DNA of 64,000 nt from Minisyncoccota bacterium. Its GTDB lineage: Bacteria; Patescibacteriota; Minisyncoccia; Phycocordibacterales; PALSA-1337. Shown here piece after piece: positions 1 through 9,750 of this stretch. The DNA lies in the NCBI GenBank assembly GCA_028713005.1, contig JAQTPC010000004.1, positions 2,745 through 66,744 on the forward strand, given 5' to 3'. The notes under the pieces were generated by a model. The model searched no databases. It was not told the origin of the DNA and was given only the letters and a program-made list of their open reading frames with translations. How positions within the stretch are numbered: the first letter of the stretch is position 1; the number at the start of each line of letters is the position of its first letter. The position numbers and the translations under genes were made by a program.

Positions 1-420
1 TTCTTTTGGTATGACTGACCAATCGAGCAGAACTTCATTGAGTGGAACAGGGATATATTTACGCGCTTCGATGGCAACAACTTCACCAAGTTGTTTTTCT
101 GGTACCGGAGGAACAGTGATAAACGTGATGAGACTCGATGAGAGCGGCAAAGCTGTTCCACACGAAAGCGTAGTCGTTTTTGCTTCACGCAAAATATCCT
201 TGACTGCCTCTATAGTCTTTTCTGTCTGAAGCGAAACTGCACGTCCAACTTCTATATTTGCATAAGGACCAAGAGCAAGCTCACCGTATGTCTCGAGGAC
301 TGCGCGACCGCGCTTTTTCTTGATCTGCACGATCTTTATCGCCGATGAACCAATATCAATACCCAAGACACTTGTCTCTTTTTTAAAAAATGAACCGAAA
401 AGCGAACTGAGAGATGCCAT
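1..420 (-). CDS. pilM: Type IV pilus assembly ATPase-like protein PilM (actin-like/FtsA fold), C-terminally truncated at window edge
   Basis: Manual reverse translation from ATG at 420-418 gives MASLSSLFGSFFKKETSVLGIDIGSSAIKIVQIKKKRGRAVLETYGELALGPYA..., the typical PilM N-terminus (GIDIGS motif). The ORF stays open to nt 1. Confidence 0.6.
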   Translation of the reverse strand, partial: MASLSSLFGSFFKKETSVLGIDIGSSAIKIVQIKKKRGRAVLETYGELALGPYANIEVGRAVSLQTEKTIEAVKDILREAKTTTLSCGTALPLSSSLITFITVPPVPEKQLGEVVAIEARKYIPVPLNEVLLDWSVIPKE

Positions 421-515
421 ATCACTAGTGTACATTGAAAAGACAAAAGTGAAAAGTTGTTCTGATTGGATAAATCATTACAATAGTATGGCGTGCAGGC
501 GCATTTTTTATTTAC

Positions 516-1358
516 ATGAAAATATTCAACCTACTCTTTGAAACTATAATTGAGGCACTATTCCCTTTATCCGCAACTGAAAAGGAGCTTTTCTCATATC
601 CAATCACGGAAATTTCACAGATTCTACCTCCTGCACCGGATCACTCTGGCCTTGCAGTACCCTTACCTGAATGTACTTCTCTATTTGCATATAAGGACAA
701 GCGGGTTGAACAATTGATTTGGAATATTAAATATAAGAAGTCGAGGCGCGCTGTTGAGATTGGTGGGTATGCATTACATAGGAAATTAAATAGTATTGCA
801 GAGTCGTCTGGCCGTGAGTTTTCTCGGAACACGCCGTCAGAGCTTGCTAGCTCTGCGGCTAGTTCTCAGACGTCTACACGTCCTCCGAAATGTTCCTCGA
901 ATTCCTCACAGTCAGACGACCACCTAAACACCATATTTATTCTGCCAATACCAATCACAAAGCAGCGTCGACGAGAGCGTGGGTACAATCAGTGTGAGTT
1001 GTTAACGAATGAAATGAAACGATTGTACGAAAATGATTCAATAATCAATAATACAATGACCAATGTCCGTTTACTTTTTGAAAATGATTTACTTATTCGT
1101 ACTCATCATGATTCTAGACATACATTGAAAGGACGTACTGACAGAGTTGAGAGTGCAAAAGGAATTTTTGGAATAAATGAAAAAAAGTTAAGAGAGTTAG
1201 ATTTGAGATTTGAGAATGACAAAAAACAAACTATTGAAGATGTGTACGTGATTATCATCGATGATGTGATCACCACTGGTAGCACTATGAGAGAAGCAAT
1301 CGATACTATGAAAAAATCTGGGTTTATGAATGTGTCAGGGCTTTCGTTGGCGCACTAA
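516..1358 (+). CDS. comF: ComF-family phosphoribosyltransferase-domain competence protein, with Ser-rich low-complexity insert
   Basis: C-terminal PRTase signature VYVIIIDDVITTGSTMREA. The LPIPITKQRRRERGYNQCELL segment matches ComFC. Divergent from pilM. Confidence 0.7.
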   Translation: MKIFNLLFETIIEALFPLSATEKELFSYPITEISQILPPAPDHSGLAVPLPECTSLFAYKDKRVEQLIWNIKYKKSRRAVEIGGYALHRKLNSIAESSGREFSRNTPSELASSAASSQTSTRPPKCSSNSSQSDDHLNTIFILPIPITKQRRRERGYNQCELLTNEMKRLYENDSIINNTMTNVRLLFENDLLIRTHHDSRHTLKGRTDRVESAKGIFGINEKKLRELDLRFENDKKQTIEDVYVIIIDDVITTGSTMREAIDTMKKSGFMNVSGLSLAH

Positions 1359-2548
1359 ATGATCTTCACAAATCTCCTCTTGCCAATCTTCAAAATAGTT
1401 CCGCTCGCTGGCACATACGTTGGATCAGTTATCTTTTCATCTCTATCAGTTCTCACTGCAGTGTCAGTAACGAGACGTCGCCACTCTGTCTTTGATTCTA
1501 TGACACCAGCTTTGATGAGGACCTCGGCAAGCGTTGCACCGTCAAGCTTTATCTCGAGGATATCATCAGGCACACCCCCCTTTGCAAAGGTTGCTATGAA
1601 AGCCTCTTCTGCTGTAACAGACGCAGCCTCACCATGAATCCTTTTGACAATATCTTTTGCAATTAGTGCTTTTGCCATGCGTGGACCTTGAGCCATGATC
1701 ATATCTTTTTCACCCATAGGTATACGGGTGCAGTTCAGGAATAGTGGCTCGATCATCGGGTCAGGAAGAGACATAAGTGCTCCAAAAAGATCATTCGCGG
1801 ACTGATCGATGAAGACGCCAGTGCCATTTGACTTTGACATGAGCTGACCTGTCGCAGGGTTGGCGATAAGATTGAGGGCAATAACAAACTTTTCTTTATC
1901 TTTGAGCTTCTTCATGAGTGTGCGACCAGAAAGAGCGTTGAAGATCTGGTCGGTACCACAAAGCTCTGCATCGACATCCATAGCGACGCTGTCATACCCT
2001 TGCATGAGCGGATACATGAACTCATGAAGATGGATCGGTGAACCCTCTTTGAGACGTTTTTGGAACATGTCACGTTCTATCATCTGTTGGACCGTGAAGT
2101 TTGAAGAGAGACTGAGAACGTCTGCAAAAGAAAGTTTGGCGAGCCACTCTGAATTGTGACGGATGGTTGCAGGATTGGTCTTGTCATTGAAATCAATAAG
2201 CGGACTGATCTGTCTGACCCAATCAGCCATATTGCGAGTAACATCTTCTTCACTCAAAGCTTTTCTTGTTGATGCTTTATCAGGATCACCTATTCGTGCA
2301 GTAAAATCTCCGAACAAAATAATCACCTCATTACCCAACTGGCGAAGCTCTTCCATGAACATGATATTCTTTGCATGACCGAGATGTATAGCAGTATGAG
2401 TCGGATCAAGACCGAGATATATTTTTATCTTTTCACCAGCGAGTAATTTCTTCGTCAAGGCCTCCTTTGAAGGAAAAATATCCGTGACGGTGCCACGCGC
2501 AAAAAGTTCATCAATTCTTTTTTGGTCTACCTTATTCATAAAAGCCAT
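1355..2548 (-). CDS. tyrS: Tyrosyl-tRNA synthetase
   Basis: Class I aaRS HIGH motif (HLGH) and KMSKS-like LMSKS. The C-terminal S4-like domain and length fit TyrRS rather than TrpRS. Confidence 0.85.
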   Translation of the reverse strand: MAFMNKVDQKRIDELFARGTVTDIFPSKEALTKKLLAGEKIKIYLGLDPTHTAIHLGHAKNIMFMEELRQLGNEVIILFGDFTARIGDPDKASTRKALSEEDVTRNMADWVRQISPLIDFNDKTNPATIRHNSEWLAKLSFADVLSLSSNFTVQQMIERDMFQKRLKEGSPIHLHEFMYPLMQGYDSVAMDVDAELCGTDQIFNALSGRTLMKKLKDKEKFVIALNLIANPATGQLMSKSNGTGVFIDQSANDLFGALMSLPDPMIEPLFLNCTRIPMGEKDMIMAQGPRMAKALIAKDIVKRIHGEAASVTAEEAFIATFAKGGVPDDILEIKLDGATLAEVLIKAGVIESKTEWRRLVTDTAVRTDRDEKITDPTYVPASGTILKIGKRRFVKII

Positions 2549-2636
2549 ATTAGCATTATTTTCCTAAACAAAAAATACCTCCCGCCAATAGTTCGAGAGG
2601 TATTTTTATACCTTTTACAGCGTTGTAATTGTAGTG

Positions 2637-3269
2637 TTACACCGTAATAAAGAGGTCTTTCTTTGCACGACGAACCTTTTTGTACGATGCAGAGGCATCA
2701 TTTGTTGTATCACGATATCCAAGTGCCAATAAAACAACACTCTTTAATCCTTTTTCTTTGAGACCGAGAACCTCATCAAGTTTTGCAGGTTCAAATCCTT
2801 CCATAGGTGTTGAATCGACCTCTTCAGCTGCAGCGGCTACGAGACCTGTACCGAGAGCAATGTACGCTTGTTTTGATGCCCAGTTTATCTTCCCCGCAGC
2901 ATCCAAACTATTTACAGTACCCATAATGTATTGTTTGAATCCATCAAGTGCTTTGACATCCATGCCACGAGTATCAGCGACAAGCTTCATATAGTCATCG
3001 ACATTCTTTTCGGTGATATTGTCCCATGCTGCAAAGACGAGAAGATGTGAACTCTCTACTATCTGTGGCTGCATCCACGCAGTTGCCTGGATCTTTTTAC
3101 GAACTTCTGGATCAGTAATGACAAATACGTTATACGGAGTAAGACCATACGACGATGGAGCGAGACGGATTGCTTCCAAGATAGCATCGATCTTTTCTTG
3201 AGGAATACTTTGTCCATTCATTCTCTTTGTTGCATAACGCCATTCGAGCAGTTCTGTAAGTGTACTCAT
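2637..3269 (-). CDS. Nitroreductase-family NAD(P)H oxidoreductase
   Basis: N-terminal W-RYATKR motif, P-SSYGLTP and the overall length are typical of nitroreductase-fold proteins. Confidence 0.75.
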   Translation of the reverse strand: MSTLTELLEWRYATKRMNGQSIPQEKIDAILEAIRLAPSSYGLTPYNVFVITDPEVRKKIQATAWMQPQIVESSHLLVFAAWDNITEKNVDDYMKLVADTRGMDVKALDGFKQYIMGTVNSLDAAGKINWASKQAYIALGTGLVAAAAEEVDSTPMEGFEPAKLDEVLGLKEKGLKSVVLLALGYRDTTNDASASYKKVRRAKKDLFITV

Positions 3270-3403
3270 GTGTTTAAGTAAGTTTAATTATTTTGTTAAT
3301 TTGCTTAATATTTCTTAACGCTTTTTTAAGCTAGTCCACATATCTTACGCGCATTGCTTTACTTTGTAAAGTACTTTACATAGTACAGCACGCATGATAG
3401 CCT

Positions 3404-3742
3404 ATGTCTATGGCAACTACGTTATCTGCACGTAAAACTACTGCTTCATATATCCACTCAAAAAACACCTGCCCTGTCGCAGAAGTGGCTGAGCTTTTGT
3501 CAGATACGTGGACAATGCTCATCATCAGAGATTTACTCAATGCTCCAATGCGTTTTTGCGAACTTGAACGATCGCTCGAAGGCGTCAGCACGCGCACACT
3601 CACCCTCAAGCTCAAAAAACTGGTAACAGAAAAAATCATTTCAAAAGACGAAGAGTCTCACTTCTATTCCATAACTAAACAAGGTACACATCTTGGTGCA
3701 ATTGTTGATGCGATGAGAAATTACGGAAAAGAGTACCTGTAA
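3404..3742 (+). CDS. HxlR-family winged-helix transcriptional regulator
   Basis: CPVAEVAELLSDTWTMLIIRDLL...RFCELERSL matches the HxlR consensus. Divergently paired with a nitroreductase, a classic arrangement. Confidence 0.75.
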   Translation: MSMATTLSARKTTASYIHSKNTCPVAEVAELLSDTWTMLIIRDLLNAPMRFCELERSLEGVSTRTLTLKLKKLVTEKIISKDEESHFYSITKQGTHLGAIVDAMRNYGKEYL

Positions 3743-3744
3743 AC

Positions 3745-3778
3745 AAAAACCGCAAGGTTGAACCTTGCGGTTTTTTGA
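3745..3778. terminator. Bidirectional rho-independent terminator hairpin
   Basis: AAAACCGCAAGG-TTGAA-CCTTGCGGTTTT flanked by A/T runs, between convergent genes. Confidence 0.5.
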
Positions 3779-3787
3779 TTTTCTTTT

Positions 3788-4096
3788 TTACTGGGCAGGT
3801 GTGTGTGGATGATCGCCGTGATGAGTATGGCTCGTGCGCTTTTTGTGCCACTCTTTCACAAAGAAAACGATATATACTGCTTCGAGTAGACCCATCGTAT
3901 TCAAAAGAAGTATAGCGATGAACCACCACTTTTGATCGCGCTTTGCTGCTGTCCACAATGCATAACCCTTGAGAGCAATCAAAGCCATAAAAGCTACAGC
4001 GAGCAGTAAACTAAAAAATAGTGCTGGACCTTGTCCAAAGCCGTAAAACCACGGTGCACCCCACATATGACCATACGAAATTGATGAATTCATCAT
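3788..4096 (-). CDS. Small membrane protein (2-3 TM), His-rich C-terminus
   Basis: ORF with hydrophobic segments (FFSLLLAVAFMALIAL, WWFIAILLLNTMGLL). No recognisable family. Confidence 0.4.
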   Translation of the reverse strand: MMNSSISYGHMWGAPWFYGFGQGPALFFSLLLAVAFMALIALKGYALWTAAKRDQKWWFIAILLLNTMGLLEAVYIVFFVKEWHKKRTSHTHHGDHPHTPAQ

Positions 4097-4197
4097 AAAT
4101 ATAGAGATTAGCTAATATGCCTCTATTCTAGCATAGTTAAATGAGCAATAATCTGTTGTATAATAGTACGTATTAGCACCTAATTACATTCAAAATT

Positions 4198-4617
4198 ATG
4201 TTACCTATTAACTATGTAGCAGTCCTCGTCGCAGCAATTGTGGCCTTTATCATTGGTTTTCTCATGCATGGACCGGTTGCTGGCAAACTCTGGATGAAGC
4301 TTGCAAACATTCATCCTACGGGAAATGAAAAGTTCAAAGACATGATCCCTCAGATGCTCTGGAACTTGCTTGCAAACATTGTCACCGCATACGTTTTGGC
4401 AGTCGTCTATTTATTTGCATCTACCTCCCCTGTCATGGGTGGAGCGGGCGCTTGGAACGGTGTTGTCTGTGCATTCTGGGTATGGATCGGTTTTCTCGTT
4501 ACCAGTAGTTCTATCGAGGTCATCTGGATGGGACGTAGTGTCAAACTCTGGCTCTTTGAATGTGTCAGCTCACTCCTTGTCATGAGTGCTATGGGAGCAA
4601 TCATTGCAGCCTGGTAA
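4198..4617 (+). CDS. DUF1761-like integral membrane protein
   Basis: MLPINYVAVLVAAIVAFIIGFLMHGPVAGKLWM N-terminus resembles the DUF1761 family. Four predicted TM segments. Confidence 0.5.
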   Translation: MLPINYVAVLVAAIVAFIIGFLMHGPVAGKLWMKLANIHPTGNEKFKDMIPQMLWNLLANIVTAYVLAVVYLFASTSPVMGGAGAWNGVVCAFWVWIGFLVTSSSIEVIWMGRSVKLWLFECVSSLLVMSAMGAIIAAW

Positions 4618-4627
4618 TAGGTCGAAA

Positions 4628-5239
4628 TTATAGAGATTTAATACCAACACCTTTGTACATAAATCCCAAGGGCTTTGGACCTTGAGAGAATTTTTCTAGA
4701 TTCTGTATTTTAAAACCAGCATCACGGATAAGATGCTCAATATCTCTATTCAGATGACATCCGCCTGCGATACATTTTGAAATTGGAGTAAGTAAGTTTT
4801 GTATTCTCCAAATGAAAGTCTTTGGTGATTTTCCATGCTCAATGAAACAGAATTTTCCCCCAGGCTTCAGAACCCGGAACACTTCCTTAAGTGCGAGATC
4901 TGGGTGAGGAATAGTACACAATGTCCATGTTGAGACAACAAAATCAAGACTATTCTCAGGTAACGGAATATGTTCTGCTGAACCCAGAATCTGTTCTATA
5001 GGAAATGTAACAGCCTGAAGATTTTTATGTGCCATTTCATATAACTCTTTTGATGGATCAAGACCGTATAGTCTGGTGATACTTTTATAGTAAGGTAGAT
5101 TGAGCCCCGATCCAAAACCTATTTCAAGCCCAATACCAGACAACCCAGAAACAACATCGATTCTGTGTCGTTTAAAATCCTTACTCTGCATGACACAGTT
5201 AAGGTATATGGGTAAGATATATTTCTGATAAAGACTCAT
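4628..5239 (-). CDS. Class I SAM-dependent methyltransferase
   Basis: SAM-binding motif I GLEIGFGSG, motif post-I GLDPS, and LKPGGKFCFIEHG (Methyltransf_11-like). Confidence 0.75.
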   Translation of the reverse strand: MSLYQKYILPIYLNCVMQSKDFKRHRIDVVSGLSGIGLEIGFGSGLNLPYYKSITRLYGLDPSKELYEMAHKNLQAVTFPIEQILGSAEHIPLPENSLDFVVSTWTLCTIPHPDLALKEVFRVLKPGGKFCFIEHGKSPKTFIWRIQNLLTPISKCIAGGCHLNRDIEHLIRDAGFKIQNLEKFSQGPKPLGFMYKGVGIKSL

Positions 5240-5278
5240 GTTTAAATATATAAATCGTCTCCTGGATGCAGTACCTAG

Positions 5279-5365
5279 CGGAGAGAGTGGGATTCGAACC
5301 CACGGTTCCCGTAAGGGAACGGCGGTTTAGTAAACCGCTGCCTTAAACCACTCAGCCATCTCTCC
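5279..5365 (-). tRNA. Type-II (long variable arm) Ser-like tRNA; anticodon loop UUACUAA gives apparent anticodon ACU
   Basis: Reverse complement folds as acceptor GGAGAGA/TCTCTCC, D-arm, anticodon stem GCGGT/ACCGC, 18-nt variable arm, T-arm GTGGG-TTCGAAT-CCCAC and discriminator G. It aligns with E. coli tRNA-Ser. A34 is unusual. Confidence 0.6.
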
Positions 5366-5464
5366 AATCCTTTTATGGATGAAAATAGGTTAACACGAAT
5401 ATATTCTTTTGCAAAAAAAGTTTATTTTGATAAAAGCGTATTTTTATGCCAGAATGGCACGATT

Positions 5465-5551
5465 GGAACCGTGGTGGAGTGGTCTAACATACCTCTTTGC
5501 TAAAGAGGCAGGCCTTAACGGGCCTCGAGGGTTCGAATCCCTCCGGTTCCG
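5465..5551 (+). tRNA. tRNA-Ser (anticodon GCU)
   Basis: Acceptor GGAACCG/CGGTTCC, anticodon stem CCTCT/AGAGG with loop TTGCTAA, long variable arm, T-arm GAGGG-TTCGAAT-CCCTC, discriminator G. Confidence 0.8.
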
Positions 5552-5603
5552 CACACAATTTCTCGCTGAACCAAAAATCCTGTACATATCGTATAATACT
5601 CAT

Positions 5604-6026
5604 ATGACTAAAAATAAAAAGGCTGGCCTTACATTAGGCATCATAGTATTACTTATCTCATCTAGTGTGGCGTACTCACAATATCAGGAAAATCAGCCCC
5701 GCACATATCCAACATCAGCATCACGCGAGTCAATCAACCCGGGCACACAAACCAATTCATCAGCCAATAGTACAGATACATCAATCCTGAAAAAATACAC
5801 ACTCGCACACGTAGCAGCACATAACACCGAAACAAGTTGCTGGACCACTATCAATGGAGACGTCTATGATATTACTTCGTGGATTAGCCAACATCCAGGT
5901 GGCAAACAAGCCATCATCGGCCTCTGTGGTATCGATGGTTCAGATGCTTTCAATGGCCAACACGGTGGACAGCGACGTCCTGCGAGCGAGCTTGCTGGAT
6001 TCAAGATTGGTACACTTATAAAATAA
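5604..6026 (+). CDS. Secreted/membrane-anchored cytochrome b5-like heme/steroid-binding domain protein
   Basis: The start is trimmed to ATG 5604 (MTKNKK...) because the longer ORF overlaps the tRNA. The protein has an N-terminal hydrophobic anchor and an HPGG heme-binding motif (WISQHPGGKQAI). Confidence 0.55.
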   Translation: MTKNKKAGLTLGIIVLLISSSVAYSQYQENQPRTYPTSASRESINPGTQTNSSANSTDTSILKKYTLAHVAAHNTETSCWTTINGDVYDITSWISQHPGGKQAIIGLCGIDGSDAFNGQHGGQRRPASELAGFKIGTLIK

Positions 6027-6042
6027 TCTGTTACATACTGAC

Positions 6043-6459
6043 ATGAATACACTCAAATCATACATACCTCAACTCCCTTCTTTTGCACCAGTCGTACTTC
6101 GTCTTGGCATCGCAGGCGTTGTCATCTGGTTCGGAACCTCACAACTCTTGAGCCAAGCAATGTGGACTTCTTTTATACCAGATTGGGTCATATCACTCAC
6201 ACACCTATCAGCCACTACCCTCGTCTTCATAAATGGACTATTTGAAGTCGTTGCAGGTGGACTCGTAGCCCTCGGCTTTTGTGTACGACCACTTGCAACT
6301 CTTCTCTTCTTGCACATGATCGGCATCATCGCATCTGTCGGACTCAGCCCTATCGGCATCCGTGATATCGGTATTGCAACTGGACTCCTCTCTGTGGCAC
6401 TCTATGGGAACGACATACTCTCATGGAAATCACCCGCATCAACAAGTTCATCAGTATAG
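6043..6459 (+). CDS. DoxX-family membrane protein
   Basis: Four TM helices, with LRLGIAGVVIWFGTSQL typical of DoxX. Confidence 0.6.
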   Translation: MNTLKSYIPQLPSFAPVVLRLGIAGVVIWFGTSQLLSQAMWTSFIPDWVISLTHLSATTLVFINGLFEVVAGGLVALGFCVRPLATLLFLHMIGIIASVGLSPIGIRDIGIATGLLSVALYGNDILSWKSPASTSSSV

Positions 6460-7304
6460 TAGAAAAGTTCTATAGGGAAAATAAGCGCGGAATGCCGTGG
6501 CGTAGCGATACCAACGCATATTACGTTGTGGTCTCTGAGATCATGCTCCAACAAACACAGGTTCATCGTGTCACGAGTAAATTCGATTCATGGATCAAGA
6601 GATTCCCCAACTGGCACGCACTTGCTACGGCTTCAACAAAAGACGTGCTCGAAGAATGGTCAGGGTTGGGATATAACAGACGAGCGCTTTTCTTAAAAAG
6701 AATTGCCGAAGCTATTACAGATAATGGAAAGACAAAAGGCGTTCTCCCGAATACCATTGATGAACTGACTAAACTTCCCGGCATCGGACCAAATACCGCT
6801 GGCTCAATCCTCGCATTTGCATTCAATGTTCCCCGCCCTTTCATTGAAACCAATATCCGTTCAGTGTATATCCATCATTTCTTTGCTGAGATTGAAAAAG
6901 TAGAGGGTAAAAAAGCTTGTAAGAAGATCGACGATAAAGAAATATTTCCTCTCGTTGAGAAAAGTCTCACTCTTGTTACCAAAAAAGGTTTCTTCAAAGA
7001 CAACACTCGCGAATGGTACTGGGCATTGATGGACTATGGATCATTTTTAAAAAAGAATTTGCCAAACCCATCGCGACAAAGTGCACATCATGTAAAGCAA
7101 AAAGCTTTTAAAGGTTCGAATCGTGAGCTTCGTAGTAAGATTCTTAAACTTATTATGAAACAGGCTTCGACTCGTGAAATGGTTGAGAAACAATTAAAGA
7201 AGGAATCATATAAATGCACAAGGGGACGGATAGGAACAAATTTAGATGCTCTAGTAAGGGAGGGATTCATCATGAGCAATATAAATGTATATAGAATTAT
7301 ATAA
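6423..7304 (+). CDS. HhH-GPD base-excision DNA glycosylase (MutY/EndoIII-like, no Fe-S cluster or NUDIX domain)
   Basis: MPWR...YYVVVSEIMLQQTQV and LPGIGPNTAGSIL (HhH-GPD) are present. The C-terminus lacks the 4-Cys cluster. Confidence 0.7.
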   Translation: MEITRINKFISIVEKFYRENKRGMPWRSDTNAYYVVVSEIMLQQTQVHRVTSKFDSWIKRFPNWHALATASTKDVLEEWSGLGYNRRALFLKRIAEAITDNGKTKGVLPNTIDELTKLPGIGPNTAGSILAFAFNVPRPFIETNIRSVYIHHFFAEIEKVEGKKACKKIDDKEIFPLVEKSLTLVTKKGFFKDNTREWYWALMDYGSFLKKNLPNPSRQSAHHVKQKAFKGSNRELRSKILKLIMKQASTREMVEKQLKKESYKCTRGRIGTNLDALVREGFIMSNINVYRII

Positions 7305-7391
7305 CTAACGTATAAATTGGTTATTGATCATTGTTCATTGGTTATTTACGTCAACTATTCATTTTACATTTTTCACTGTAAACTTTACCTT

Positions 7392-9665
7392 ATGCCCGTC
7401 ATCACTCCCGAAATCACCGTATCTGAATATTTCCGCCTAACGCCCATACAAAAAGACGCCTTGAAAAAAATAGGTGTCATCACCCTTCGCGACCTCTTGT
7501 ATCATTTTCCCACTCGTTATGGTGATACCGCTGAAGCAAAAAATATTGAGACACTCAACAAAGGCGACACTGCTGTTATATTTGGAAGAATTACCAATCT
7601 CAAAGCAAGCAAAGGTTTCAAAACCAAGATGACTATGGCGACAGCAACAGTCGAAGACGAAACCGGCAAGATCCAGTGTGTCTGGTTCAACCAGCCGTAC
7701 CTCGCCAAGATGACACCTGAGGGAGCAATGGTTCGTATCGAAGGAAAAATTTCTCAGCGAAGAAATAAAAAAGAAACTTTAGACGTAACTTCAGGCAAGC
7801 TCGTCAAAGAAGAAACTGGTGTGCTCTACTTCTCCAACCCAAAAATCGAAGTCGTCGACAAGCTTCCTATCGGCGTTGGTGACTCCCTCTTTGGCGATGA
7901 TGGCGAAGCTCATACCCTCTACCCCGTATATCCCGAATCTCGCGGCATTACTTCAAGCTGGATGTACCATGCTATCCAAAAGCTCTTCAAGAGCGGCCTT
8001 ATCGACAATATGATCGACGTGCTCCCCGAACATCTCCTCGTCAAATATCATTTGCCGAGCCTCAAGACCGCACTCATCTGGATGCATACTCCACTCAAAC
8101 GCGAAGATGCGCTCTCGGCTCGCAAACGTTTTTCTTTTGAAGAAATATTCATTATCCAACTCGGCAAGCAACAAGCACGACGTGAATATGAAAAGCATCC
8201 TGCATTCGTCATAGAACCCGACGATGCCCATGTCCGCGAATTCATCAAACGTTTTCCTTTCACTGCCACTGAAGCACAAACCAGAGCGATTGAAATGATC
8301 CTGAGTGATATGCGTCGAGAATATGCCATGTCGCGCCTCCTCGAGGGTGACGTGGGTTCAGGTAAAACAGCTGTAGCCGCTTCTGCTGCATATGCCATCA
8401 TCACTTCACGTCCACCCAAAGTTCCACGTCTCGCTGGTTCAAATCCCAATCCTCTTGCAAAAGGTTTTGTTACAGCTGGGCAAGGAAATCTCCAAGTGGC
8501 ATATATGTGCCCAACTGAAATCCTCGCCACACAGCATTTCGAATCATTCATCCAATATTTTTCATACATGCCGATACAAATCGGCCTCATCACTGGTTCT
8601 GGTTGCCGTAAATTCCCTTCAAAGATAAATCCAAAAGGCTGGACTGACATATCTCGCGCTCAACTCCTCAAATGGGTCGAGAGTGGGGACATCCATGTTC
8701 TCATTGGTACCCATGCACTCATCCAAAAGTCAGTGAAGTTCAAGAACCTCGGCCTAGCCATCATCGATGAACAGCACCGTTTCGGTACTGCACAACGCGC
8801 CAAGCTCATTCGCAAAGACACTATCGCTCCACATCTCCTTTCAATGACCGCTACGCCAATACCACGCACGCTCGCTCTCACCATGTATGGTGACCTCGAC
8901 CTTACTCTCCTCGACCAATCCCCTGTCGGTCGCAAACAGATCATTACTGAACTCGTATTACCTAACGGTCGCGATGCAGTCTATGAAAAGATGCGCACTG
9001 AACTCCAATCCGGCAGGCAAGGTTATGTCATTTGTCCTCGCATCGACGAACCAGATCCTGACAAAGAACAAGCTCTCAATGCAAAGTCTGTTAAAGAAGA
9101 AGCCAAGCGTCTCCAGGCAAAAATATTCCCTGAATATGAGGTGGGTATCATGCACAGCAAAATGTCACCTCAAGAAAAAGATCGCGTCATGGGTCAGTTC
9201 AAGCGTGGTGAGGTCACCATACTCTGTGCTACCTCAGTAGTCGAAGTTGGCGTGAACGTACCCAATGCTACCGTCATCCTCATCGAAGGTGCTGAACGCT
9301 TTGGCCTCTCTCAACTCCATCAGTTGCGTGGTCGCGTCATGCGCAGTAGCCATCAGGCACACTGTTATGTCTTTACTGAAACCACATCAGAAAAATCAAT
9401 CGCTCGCCTCAAAGCTCTGCAAAATACCAAAAATGGTTTTGAACTTGCCGAACTCGACCTCATGGCTCGTGGTGCCGGCGAACTCTCTGGCATGCGTCAG
9501 TGGGGTGTTTCTGACATAGCAATGGAAGCTCTTAAAAATCTCAAGATGGTTGAAGCTGCTCGCGAAGAAGCAGGACGACTCATCATCGAAGATATCACTC
9601 TATCGAAATATCCTGAGCTCAAAAAAGAAGTGGCTTCGAAAAAGATTGAGACGCATTTTGAGTAA
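7392..9665 (+). CDS. recG: ATP-dependent DNA helicase RecG
   Basis: N-terminal wedge domain (LTPIQKDALKKIGVITLRDLLYHFPTRY), Walker A GDVGSGKT, DEQHRFG, and the full helicase C-terminus. A ~25-aa insert follows Walker A. The start is taken at an internal Met of the long ORF. Confidence 0.85.
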   Translation: MPVITPEITVSEYFRLTPIQKDALKKIGVITLRDLLYHFPTRYGDTAEAKNIETLNKGDTAVIFGRITNLKASKGFKTKMTMATATVEDETGKIQCVWFNQPYLAKMTPEGAMVRIEGKISQRRNKKETLDVTSGKLVKEETGVLYFSNPKIEVVDKLPIGVGDSLFGDDGEAHTLYPVYPESRGITSSWMYHAIQKLFKSGLIDNMIDVLPEHLLVKYHLPSLKTALIWMHTPLKREDALSARKRFSFEEIFIIQLGKQQARREYEKHPAFVIEPDDAHVREFIKRFPFTATEAQTRAIEMILSDMRREYAMSRLLEGDVGSGKTAVAASAAYAIITSRPPKVPRLAGSNPNPLAKGFVTAGQGNLQVAYMCPTEILATQHFESFIQYFSYMPIQIGLITGSGCRKFPSKINPKGWTDISRAQLLKWVESGDIHVLIGTHALIQKSVKFKNLGLAIIDEQHRFGTAQRAKLIRKDTIAPHLLSMTATPIPRTLALTMYGDLDLTLLDQSPVGRKQIITELVLPNGRDAVYEKMRTELQSGRQGYVICPRIDEPDPDKEQALNAKSVKEEAKRLQAKIFPEYEVGIMHSKMSPQEKDRVMGQFKRGEVTILCATSVVEVGVNVPNATVILIEGAERFGLSQLHQLRGRVMRSSHQAHCYVFTETTSEKSIARLKALQNTKNGFELAELDLMARGAGELSGMRQWGVSDIAMEALKNLKMVEAAREEAGRLIIEDITLSKYPELKKEVASKKIETHFE

Positions 9666-9750
9666 TGATTGACAGCATTTTCTGATTTATGTATTGTAAA
9701 TTCAGAGATACAGTAAACGAAACAAACCAATACAGAAAGGAATATCCTTT

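Noticed and set aside
320-541. 73-aa plus-strand ORF at the pilM/comF divergent junction
   Set aside because: It is antisense to the 5' end of pilM, and the region is better explained as the pilM N-terminus plus a divergent promoter.
5409-5603. N-terminal extension of the cytochrome b5-like ORF
   Set aside because: The 5' 195 nt of the long ORF overlap the tRNA-Ser(GCU) gene. The CDS was trimmed to the ATG at 5604, which begins with a proper signal-anchor sequence.
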